The notes under the pieces: model-generated
What the model saw: only the letters and a program-made list of their open reading frames with translations
Told to the model about the DNA's origin: nothing
Databases searched by the model: none
Translations under genes and position numbers: made by a program
In this document: positions 11,384 to 20,657 of the stretch, piece after piece
Layout of the letters: each line of letters begins with the position of its first letter
Numbering within the stretch: position 1 is the stretch's first letter
Source of the DNA: Picochlorum sp. SENEW3
Lineage: Eukaryota
DNA length: 64,000 bases
Assembly (NCBI GenBank): GCA_034226945.1
Contig: CP120453.1
Location: 1,240,001-1,304,000 of the forward strand
Reading direction: 5' to 3'

Positions 11384-12026
11384 TGACCCAATACCCTTGG
11401 ACGTGTCTTTTCGACGTTTGGCGTACAAGGATTGAATATAAAACCAATGGTTGATCGGAATCGTCTCATATCATCGAGATATCCGTCCATTGGACTGAAT
11501 CGTTGCGTGCTTTTTAAATCATCGATCAGACGCATGCATTGATAGGACATTTTATGAGGTTTCATGAAAATTCTATGCCTTCGGTCGTCGTATCATTTCA
11601 ACCGGTCGTGTTCACAAGGGGTATACTGCGATCGAAAGAATCGCAGCAGGAGCCCGCTTTCGAGGGGAATCTGGAGCAAAATAGGACAGAAACAGCCAAC
11701 ACCACAGGCTTTGGCGATACGGCCAACGCGGACGAGCAGGATAAAACTAATTTTTCATTCAGCTCGGGTGTCAGACTCTCATATAGGTACGTTTTCAGAC
11801 TGTATTTATACGTAGTTTTACATTTGAGAATCCTAGAAAGGTCCTCTAAGGCACGTATACGCGAAGCGAGAAGAGCGTGGCATTGTTGCCTACACGAAAG
11901 ATCTTCGTTTGCGAAGCCGTTGTTTCACTTTTGTGCCTTGTACCCATGTAGATAGTGCTGAAAATATTTGTGACTTATATTCGAGGAGGAAAACGTAAAA
12001 CCAAAACACAAGGCACCTAGTTTTGG

Positions 12027-15000
12027 ATGACGGGCGGAGAGTCCCAGCCTGCCAGCGAGGGCCCTGCTCAGGGTACTGCTGGACCAGTCAGGGATGTCCA
12101 CATGTCTGAGGAGAATTTATCTTCGAGCAGCGACGAATCCTCGGATCGCACAAGTAATACGATGGTGGATCGAAAAAGAAGAAGATACATTGATGTTTCA
12201 GGTGAGAGCGTTGATGCAATGCGCACGAGATGGGATAGTGGCATGGCAGCTGGGAGGGCGCCGAGGAGAAGGAGGCCATCGACGCAATGGGAGCAATTGA
12301 TTGGTCTGACGTGGCAGGAAAAGTATTCTCTTCACGAAAGAAAGATGCGAGAGGATGGTAGATGGGTCAGTTCGCGTCGGAAGGACTTGCCGCCTGATAT
12401 ATTTAGATCGAGCAAGTGGGAGCCCATTGAAATAGAACGGGCCATTGGAATTCGCCGAAAGGAACTGTTGCGACGGGATAAATTTGATGAGGATTGCGAA
12501 GAGTTTCATGTGTTTTATTCGCAGCCCGAGTTGGCGTATAATTTTAAAGGCGATTGGGAGAGAGCAGAGGGTCAGAGAGAGAAGGATAGGCTGTGGAATT
12601 TACCGTGGCCTTTAAAATATAGGGAGCACATGGAGAGGATGGAGAAACTCGGGAAATGGCCGTCAAAACGCGCTAATACGGATGGATCAAGACCGCCTAT
12701 ATTTTCCAGGGCTAGTAAGGATCCAATGGAGCAAATTATGTCAACACGGCTGTACAATTTGCTGCGGTCAGAAGTTTTTGATACATATTGCCAAGAGTTC
12801 CATGAGTTCTACATGAAGAATACAGGGTATGACTTTAAGAAAGAATGGGAAAGAGCTCATGAAAGCAAGTACTATAACAAACTTTCGTGGTCTGAGAAAT
12901 ATGGTGAGCATCTGAAGAATGTGGAAAAGGATGAACTGCGTTCCATGGACCAGGAGAGGTTGCGGGTGATATTATTTAATCCCAAAGGCCGTTCTCTAAT
13001 TCAGAGAATAGTATCTGAGCGGTTTCGTAAGTTATTGAGGTTCCGGGAAAAAGTTTCTAGTGCTGAAATAGAAGAGTTCCATCGGATTTATCTCGAGGAG
13101 ACTGGGTTTGATTTCAAAAAGTACTTGGAACAGTACAATCGTCGTGCTAGGGACTCAGATAGTGAAGCAGAGCACCCTCCTTTACTCATAGAGACTCCAG
13201 AGGCCTTTGAAATCCCAGCCATTCCATTGAAGGCGGAAAAGGACGAAGGAGAAGCCAATTACGAGTTTTATCTACTCAAGGGTTTGGATCTCTGGAAGAA
13301 GCAATGTTTTGATCTTCGTGAGCAGACAGGTAGAGGGATTCTTCCTCAGGATTGCATCGAAACCAGTACTGGTGAGACTAAAAGGATTGGATCCGATGTA
13401 CAAAAGTGGAGTAGAATAGCCCGAAATGAGTTACGACCCGAGTCTGCTAAAATGCAGTGCAGGCTTATAGAAATCCGACGCCGCCTGGTTACTCTGCTTG
13501 GCGTGGACCATAGTCTGCCAGATCCTCTTTGGAAATCATCGAAGAAAACTTCATCAGGCAAGGAAAAAAACGAGCATGGCTATACAATGGAGGAGATTTG
13601 CCAAGAGCATAAGGACGAAATTTTGCAGATGGATCCTATCAGATGGATTAATTCTAATACGCAAAATGGATCCTGTCCAAAGGTTTTTCAGAAAAACTTG
13701 GGCCCGTGTGAATCTCTAGCTGCAGTGACGCGGGAAAGGCTGTTGGCTTCACCCACCTTTGGTGAACAGTGCCAAAGATTCCATGACTTTTACTGGAAAG
13801 AGTTGGGTTACAACTTCAAGATTGAATGGGAGAATCATAGGATAGACGTGCTGCATAAAAGTAGCAATTGGGTTGACAAATTTGAGGCTCACAAGATGCA
13901 AGTGATAAAAGAGGACAGGGACAGACCTTCCCAACCGGCGCGATGGCAGTATAGTAAAGATGGGTCCCGTCCAAAAATTTTCAAAGTAACTGCGACTCAA
14001 TTGGAGCACGAAATATCCCGGAGGCGAGATAGACTGATGCAACGCATGCATATTGACCGCGATGTGCAAGAGTTTCACGATTTTTACCACGCAAACATTG
14101 GTTATGACTTCATAAAGGATTGGGAGTCAAACAAGAAGAAGAAAACCGTCCCCTGGATTGAAAGGTACAATGCTCACAAGAAAGTAATACAGTTAGAGGA
14201 CGCGAATAAGCCAGAGACATTGAAGCGATGGAAGCCAGTGGAGAAGGGTAAAACTCTCCCCCCAGTTTTCCGAAAAGATGCAAATACATGTGCTCAAGAG
14301 GAGTGTGCTGTCGGGAAGAGGAGGGATACATTGCTGCGCAAGCGCGATTTTGATGAAGCGTGTAGGGAATTCCATGAATTTTATAATAAAGAGCTGCAGT
14401 ATGATTTTGAACAGGACTGGCATTCTAAAAAGAACAAGGCTGATCCAAATGATGAGGAGTGTGCAGAAATCCTTTGTGATCTAAAAGGTGAGGAGCACCT
14501 CAATAGTTCTAAATTGCGTCGAAATCATCATCAACCAGTGAAAGATCCGAAAGTCATCGAAAAATTGAAAAAAGTTGGATTAACTGCGTTAGGTGAGAAG
14601 AAGATTTCAACAGGAGAAGTCCGCTGCAGGCCCAAATTAATGTACAAGAAAATGTTCCAGCCTCCCCTGTCAGAACGCTCTTTTCCAACTGTTGTACATG
14701 CGTGCATTATGGAGGACTGTCTTAAGATTATAGTGGAGATGTTGGGCCTCGTTCGAGGGCATGATCCAGTCAAAGAATTTTGCTTTGAGAGAAGTGGATA
14801 TGAGAGAAATGGTTCACTGATGGCTGCAATGATAAAAGTAGTAAATATCAGCAAGGCCCTGCACCACACAGAGGAACCACGACCAAGCACTAAGGACTTT
14901 TGGGAGTTTGTGAAATCTAGAATTTCAGACCATGTAGAAATTGACGACGTTCTGAAGAACACTGTGGCTTGCAAGTCACCCAGGGAGGATGCACTCATTA

Positions 15001-16205
15001 CCACACCAACGACACTAGACCGCGACACTGCTGTTGTGACTCTCCCGATAAAGGCAAAGGCTTTGGAGGATCGATCTAAAGGCGCAGTTATAAGCAAATT
15101 CAAAGTGAACTATGAGAAGCTTCAAGAATTCCTAAAGACCCATTCAACCCTGCCCAAACCTCGGGATGGAGATGCATCCCTTGCAAGCTGGCTGAGGCAC
15201 CAGCGAGTCCAATACCTGAATAATAATTTGAGAGACGAACCTGGGGTGATGGCTGGATTAACAGGTGAAGAGAAGCGGAAGATGTTGGACTCCCTTCCTG
15301 GGTGGAAGGAGTATGTGGCAGATGCAAAAGTCCCAAAGAGGGGAACGGTTCCCTTGGTCATGGAGTCAATTCCATCAAAGTATACAAAACTTCAGGAAAA
15401 TATCGAAAAACATCTGGAGATCCTAGAGAGATGGAAAATCGAGGAACAAGGCAAATCTGCCATTTCACGCAAACACATTCCTCCACAGCGCTGTGTATAC
15501 AATGACGCAAAGCACGGAGAAACTCGCCTTGGGTCTTGGATATATAGATTTAAGAAGAATGCCAAAAAAGGTGTGTCAGACGCTAAAAAAGTCCTTGGTA
15601 GAATCGGTGAGATCCTGGAGCTTGGAGAAAATTGGTGGCAGGAAAGTCCCAACACTGATGTACGTTGTGAAGCTCCTCCAAGTGATAAAATTTGCACCAC
15701 GGCGATTCAATCCTGTGAGTTGAAGTCAGAACATAGACCGAAAGCCTTTACTCAAAGTGCTCAAGCCTCTGGGGTGAAATATAATAGATTAGAACCTGCG
15801 AGAATATATGAGATTCTGGAGGAAGAAGGCCGCCAGGAGAAGTGCTTAAGCCATACTGCTGATTCCTCAGATATGCCCTTGATTAGTAATGTGAACAGCA
15901 CAGTCTCATCTGACCAAGAAAAAGGACCAGCGAGTATTCTGCGGGACTTATTCGTGAAAGACGTTGAGGCTGTATCCACAAATGACATCTTCCAAGTCAT
16001 TCGCAAGCTAGCAGATCAATACTGCCTTGATAATCCAGAGATGAAGAAACAAATCGATACTGCAGTTGAAAATGCAGGATTCAAGATTTTGGAAAAGTAC
16101 GATGATGGTAAACTACTGTATAGTCTCGCGAGATCGTGTGTTGAGTCACATAATATTGGCAAGTTTTTCCGCCACCTTGTCGCACAGCATGGCTCGAATC
16201 CCTGA
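12027..16205 (+). CDS. 1392-aa intronless repeat protein with helicase-associated (HA)-like domains
   Basis: Uninterrupted 4.2-kb ORF. Six repeats ending EFH.FY...GYDF...W. HA-like segment FKVNYEKLQEFLKTHSTLP...LASWLRHQR...EKRKMLDSLPGW. NLS-like RKRRR. Confidence 0.85.
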   Translation: MTGGESQPASEGPAQGTAGPVRDVHMSEENLSSSSDESSDRTSNTMVDRKRRRYIDVSGESVDAMRTRWDSGMAAGRAPRRRRPSTQWEQLIGLTWQEKYSLHERKMREDGRWVSSRRKDLPPDIFRSSKWEPIEIERAIGIRRKELLRRDKFDEDCEEFHVFYSQPELAYNFKGDWERAEGQREKDRLWNLPWPLKYREHMERMEKLGKWPSKRANTDGSRPPIFSRASKDPMEQIMSTRLYNLLRSEVFDTYCQEFHEFYMKNTGYDFKKEWERAHESKYYNKLSWSEKYGEHLKNVEKDELRSMDQERLRVILFNPKGRSLIQRIVSERFRKLLRFREKVSSAEIEEFHRIYLEETGFDFKKYLEQYNRRARDSDSEAEHPPLLIETPEAFEIPAIPLKAEKDEGEANYEFYLLKGLDLWKKQCFDLREQTGRGILPQDCIETSTGETKRIGSDVQKWSRIARNELRPESAKMQCRLIEIRRRLVTLLGVDHSLPDPLWKSSKKTSSGKEKNEHGYTMEEICQEHKDEILQMDPIRWINSNTQNGSCPKVFQKNLGPCESLAAVTRERLLASPTFGEQCQRFHDFYWKELGYNFKIEWENHRIDVLHKSSNWVDKFEAHKMQVIKEDRDRPSQPARWQYSKDGSRPKIFKVTATQLEHEISRRRDRLMQRMHIDRDVQEFHDFYHANIGYDFIKDWESNKKKKTVPWIERYNAHKKVIQLEDANKPETLKRWKPVEKGKTLPPVFRKDANTCAQEECAVGKRRDTLLRKRDFDEACREFHEFYNKELQYDFEQDWHSKKNKADPNDEECAEILCDLKGEEHLNSSKLRRNHHQPVKDPKVIEKLKKVGLTALGEKKISTGEVRCRPKLMYKKMFQPPLSERSFPTVVHACIMEDCLKIIVEMLGLVRGHDPVKEFCFERSGYERNGSLMAAMIKVVNISKALHHTEEPRPSTKDFWEFVKSRISDHVEIDDVLKNTVACKSPREDALITTPTTLDRDTAVVTLPIKAKALEDRSKGAVISKFKVNYEKLQEFLKTHSTLPKPRDGDASLASWLRHQRVQYLNNNLRDEPGVMAGLTGEEKRKMLDSLPGWKEYVADAKVPKRGTVPLVMESIPSKYTKLQENIEKHLEILERWKIEEQGKSAISRKHIPPQRCVYNDAKHGETRLGSWIYRFKKNAKKGVSDAKKVLGRIGEILELGENWWQESPNTDVRCEAPPSDKICTTAIQSCELKSEHRPKAFTQSAQASGVKYNRLEPARIYEILEEEGRQEKCLSHTADSSDMPLISNVNSTVSSDQEKGPASILRDLFVKDVEAVSTNDIFQVIRKLADQYCLDNPEMKKQIDTAVENAGFKILEKYDDGKLLYSLARSCVESHNIGKFFRHLVAQHGSNP

Positions 16206-16379
16206 TACAGGGCTACTAGTTTGTATATGAATGTCACGATTGTGTATTTATAAAAAGAAAGAAACTTAAAATCAACTTCAAAAAAACATTTAAAAAAGAT
16301 ACACGCAAGATACTTGCAACAATCTCAGACTGCTCTTTGCTTTGTCAGCAAATTTGAATTCCAGGTCCCTGTTCTCTTC

Positions 16380-17580
16380 TCAACGGAGCAATTGTTCCAG
16401 CTCCCATGGGTCAAACTCTTCCAAATCGTCATGCATAATACTCTCATAATCCATGTCGCCGCATTCCATGGTAGGAAAGAAAACGCGCCAGTCTTCAGAC
16501 TGACAGACCATGGGTTCATCAGCATCATTTAATGAAGACTCGAGATTTCTTTGGACTCCATCCATCCCCTCGAAAAAACCGTCTGTCATGCTCTCAGGGG
16601 AACCCAATAAATCCCATAACAGTTGATCTATATCCATGCCATATTCGTTGCTGCCCAACATGGTGGACATATCATGGACATCCAGCATGCCCACACCTTG
16701 CATTTCAGGCATCATTGGTGTCTCCGGAGGAGCCACGTCATCAAACAACGCAGCGCCATCGCTCACGTTTTCATCGAGTGCTTGTTCATAAATTTTCGCC
16801 AATATCCTGTCCACTCGCAAGGCCTCATCGACCTCTTTTCCGTACTTTGAACTCTTCTTGGCATGCAGCACATGCTCCACCACACAGTACACGCACACCA
16901 CCAGCAGCGTATCGTAATCTCCTTCCATGTTGCAGAAGGAAACGTTACCATCAGGGCTTTTAAATATCGAGTCCCTGCTGTGGCGCACTGTCACCGAATT
17001 GGTTTTGGCCCTGACGGGCATGTCCGTGGAAGAGGGCTGCTGGAGAGAGCCCTGCAGGATGCCACAAATGGCGTCCTCCACCTGCTTGCAGATGATTGCC
17101 ATGGTCGTCGTCTTATCATGAAACCTCAACAGACACGCCAGCAGCGTCTTTCCCATATTCCTCTGCTCGGCCCTGGCATTTTGTAGCCCCTCGAAATACT
17201 TGTTGGAGTCTTCTATTCTGAATATTTCGACCCTGGCGGGATCGCACAGAAGACTCTTCACGTCCTTCACCAGGTCGTGTTCCTCCGATAACAGCAGTAG
17301 TCCTGCAAGGCACCGTCGTTGTCAGGCACGACCCAAGGCGACTCACAACTATGCTCAGATCATTACAAATAAAACGATGAGACGATATCCATCAATTTCT
17401 GGCACCATCGAATAGTTCGCTCCAATTGGAGCGAACTTTGCACGGATTGGAAATTCTTGGCAACGCGAATCGCTCTCCCATGCACGTACCTTGCAGGTTT
17501 CCCAAAATATCGCGACTTTCATAATTATTGTTCATAATAAAGTCGAGAACATCACCTGGAGTGATAGATTTGCGGGACAT
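16380..17580 (-). CDS. Hypothetical protein with acidic/hydrophobic C-terminus
   Basis: Exon 17580-17490 (MSRKSITPGDVLDFIM...) spliced through intron 17489-17303 (GTACGT...TTGCAG) in frame with the 296-aa ORF. Confidence 0.7.
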
Positions 17581-18192
17581 CGCAGTGAACGTGTTCGAAT
17601 GATCACTCTGTAAGTAGTATCTGTGCCGTATCGCACTATTTCTCTGTTTAAATTTGTTCAATGTAATATATTGATATATTATAAATTGCGTTTGTGGGTG
17701 TGGGTGCGTGCGTGCGTGAATTATATGCCATGCTCTGGGATGAGTATGCTGCCGACCTGGAAGTGGACAGCAAGCGAGACTCTCGGATGCCACATGCCTC
17801 GGCCGAGGGACCCAACAGTGGACCCCCACAAGGGCAGTGATGCCCAGGGGCAGCAAGGTCACAGAATCATGTGCGGCGTGATGGAAACATCTTACATGAA
17901 CGCTACTCTTCAAAAATATGTCACATGGATGATGGATATCCGATCGACTGGTTATTAGAATGAATTTCAGAGGTGGAGAAGCCATGGGCTTGGTTGGGGA
18001 CATCCCGGACAAGAAACAAACGGTGAAAAAAACATTAAAAATACTCGACTTTGAAGACAAGCGCCGTCACGGCGTTTTAATTAGCGACTACGAGTCCCTG
18101 TTCGCCACTGTAATGGTATACATGAGCTTTGGCTACATGATCTCAGTAGCATCAAAACATTCCTTTTCCGTATCCAATGACAATGATTGACT

Positions 18193-19452
18193 TCATGTCT
18201 GTGCTGGACTCGGGGCCTCGTTCTTCTTGTTTATATACTGTATGACGACTTCAGCAACCTTGTCTGGTCTGACAGCGTCCAACAAGCTTTCACAGCTTGT
18301 AGGTGCCTTTGCCTTGTGTTTCTCATGCTGCTCCTTGGCATTCTTGATAATGGCAGCCTTGAGGCAATCCAGGGTTTCCTGAGACTCATATGCTCTATCC
18401 TCTCGAGGAGTTTCAAACGTTTTGAACGACAGATTGTTTTTGAACGATATTGGCCACGAGCTGGCCTGCCCCAGAATCGTATTCATTCGTTTCCTGACAC
18501 TTGATGATGCAAATCCCTGGATCTCGTTTGCTTGTGCCAAAACAATGCTGTCCTGTTCCTTATAATTTTGAAACCAGCTGTTCAACAATACGCAATACCC
18601 GTATTCCACTAGTTTCATGCATTCTTCTTCAGTGAGACCAGGGTATTGGAATTTGACCAACAAGAGGGAGTACATCTTCATATCGTTGAGGCTTTTAACT
18701 ACGCTGAGCTTGCACCTGTAGCCTTCTCCAGGGAGAAGACGCTCATCATACGTCCACAGGTCGATTCTTCTTTCAGTTTGTGTAGCCTGTGATACAAGTT
18801 GCACTACATCAACTGATTTCTCTGCCTCCTCTTGGATTATTATTGGTGAGCAAGAATGATGCATCGTTGCTGGGGATTCCTTGGCTTCAAATGAATTGCT
18901 TTGGACATACCAATGCTGCTGATTAATAAGATCCAAGTATTCAAAAGAACCTAATACATGGTCACGAAGTCCTTCACCAAAAACGCAGTCGATCACATTG
19001 ACTTTGTTCCTGGTAGAATTTGCATCCATCATCATCTGCTTTGATGATGTGTGATCCATGGTGTTTTCCTCCTCAAACTCTAGTTTTCTCGGTCTCAATG
19101 AGGTATAAGAGCGCGATTGTCCACCACTATAAAATATAGTAGTATCTGGAGATGGCCTGAGAGCTTTTTCTCCAGTCATTGGAGTCTCTAGAATCATTTT
19201 GTGAGTTTCTACACCCAAACACCCTGAATCACTCCCCTTTTCTTCACATACATACTGCTCATAATTGGCAGGACCGGTGTATATCAAAGGTGTATCAAAC
19301 GTATCTTCTTTGGGGGGCAGTACGGGGGTGCTTACGATTGGATGGCCACCACCACCATCTGGGGTGTCCTTGGTTGCCAAACCGAGGGCTAGTGGTGTAA
19401 ATTCCCTTCTCCTCTTGCGGTCACGCTGTCGTGCAGTGACACGTTGCAACAT
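18193..19452 (-). CDS. Hypothetical protein (~419 aa) with NLS-like N-terminus
   Basis: Long intronless ORF, RDRKRRR near the start, no recognised domain. Confidence 0.7.
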   Translation of the reverse strand: MLQRVTARQRDRKRRREFTPLALGLATKDTPDGGGGHPIVSTPVLPPKEDTFDTPLIYTGPANYEQYVCEEKGSDSGCLGVETHKMILETPMTGEKALRPSPDTTIFYSGGQSRSYTSLRPRKLEFEEENTMDHTSSKQMMMDANSTRNKVNVIDCVFGEGLRDHVLGSFEYLDLINQQHWYVQSNSFEAKESPATMHHSCSPIIIQEEAEKSVDVVQLVSQATQTERRIDLWTYDERLLPGEGYRCKLSVVKSLNDMKMYSLLLVKFQYPGLTEEECMKLVEYGYCVLLNSWFQNYKEQDSIVLAQANEIQGFASSSVRKRMNTILGQASSWPISFKNNLSFKTFETPREDRAYESQETLDCLKAAIIKNAKEQHEKHKAKAPTSCESLLDAVRPDKVAEVVIQYINKKNEAPSPAQT

Positions 19453-19753
19453 CCTTTTTCCCTGCACACACGCGATCAAATATAATTATTGGTACCAAAA
19501 AGAGTAATTCTGTCAAAGAAAAAACATTTTCTACGGTGGGGATGAAACACAACAGCAAGCGGCGACAGAACCCAGCTCGCAATTCTTTTCATGTCTACCC
19601 AAGTACGTACCATGAGATCGAGATTCGCTTCTTTTATCACTTATTTTAATATAGTAGAGTATATTTATCGATATTTGTAGATGAGCCCTGCAAGTTGCCC
19701 GACTTTTAGGGAACATGGACCACTGATTGCACTCAAAACGGCCATGCCATCAC

Positions 19754-19840
19754 TCTTCCCATCAACAATTCGCTTGATGGGAAGAAGTCGATATCGTGTT
19801 TGAACGAACCATCCCATCAAAAGCACGCTTGATAGGAAGT
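19754..19840. repeat. Two tandem inverted repeats TCCCATCAA-N8-TTGAT(G/A)GGA
   Basis: 12-bp perfect arms at 19754-19765/19774-19785. Second copy at 19812-19820/19829-19837 with one mismatch. Confidence 0.85.
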
Positions 19841-20657
19841 ACTCAGCACCGTGTCTTGTCCAAGGACAAACATCAGCGTCTCGCTTCCAACCCTGCCATC
19901 ATTACCCATCGATCATTTGATTTGTATCCAAAATCACGTCTACCATACGTACAGAGAATTTTAAGGGCACCACAATGCGCTGTGGCTGCTTGCATCGCCC
20001 GAAGCCACCGTGGGATGGCGAGCTGGGATCACTTCCCGTACTTCCGTTTCCTCCCGGACTCGCCATATATACACCTATGGGCTCTCTTGATGACATATAT
20101 ATCATTAGTAAATATATTCATGTCATTTTTGAGGGCGCACATGCCCAATTTTGAGACCTTGCCGTGTGGACCAGCAGGAGGCCTCCACAAGGCCTGTTTT
20201 CAGGCTTTTCGGAAACGGCTGCAGCATGCTGGCAGTATCCCGGTATTCGCCTCGAGGCCCTCTTTTGGTTTTGACCACCCCGCCCCCTGAAGTGGCATTT
20301 TGACGCTCCTCGCCCGATTGCGCTGAGGATTTTTACAGTCTTTCTACATCCTAGTAGATCATGGTGATGTAAAAATGAAGAACGCGACGAATATAGCAGA
20401 CGCATGGTCTGCTGCTGCTCCAGCTGCTGCTGGGCCCTGTCGAATACTCGCTAGTATCGATCGATCGACTTTCAAGGTCGAGCCTTGGCGGTGACCGATG
20501 AACAACAACAATCGGGACGGACATTTCAAATTCAGTTTGAGTCGTGTATCGCCCCATCCGCACACGGATAGTATTGAATAAAATACGTTAATGATTGTAT
20601 TCGACCTTATGTGTTGATTCGATTTGTGTGGGAAAGACAGCCCGCTCATTGACGCGA

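Noticed and set aside
19754..19925. CRISPR-like reading of the tandem palindromic repeats
   Set aside because: Only two clear, non-identical units, eukaryotic context, and no cas-like genes.
19796..20563. ORFs of 164, 95 and 70 aa on both strands
   Set aside because: No domain features and no consistent exon chain; left unannotated.
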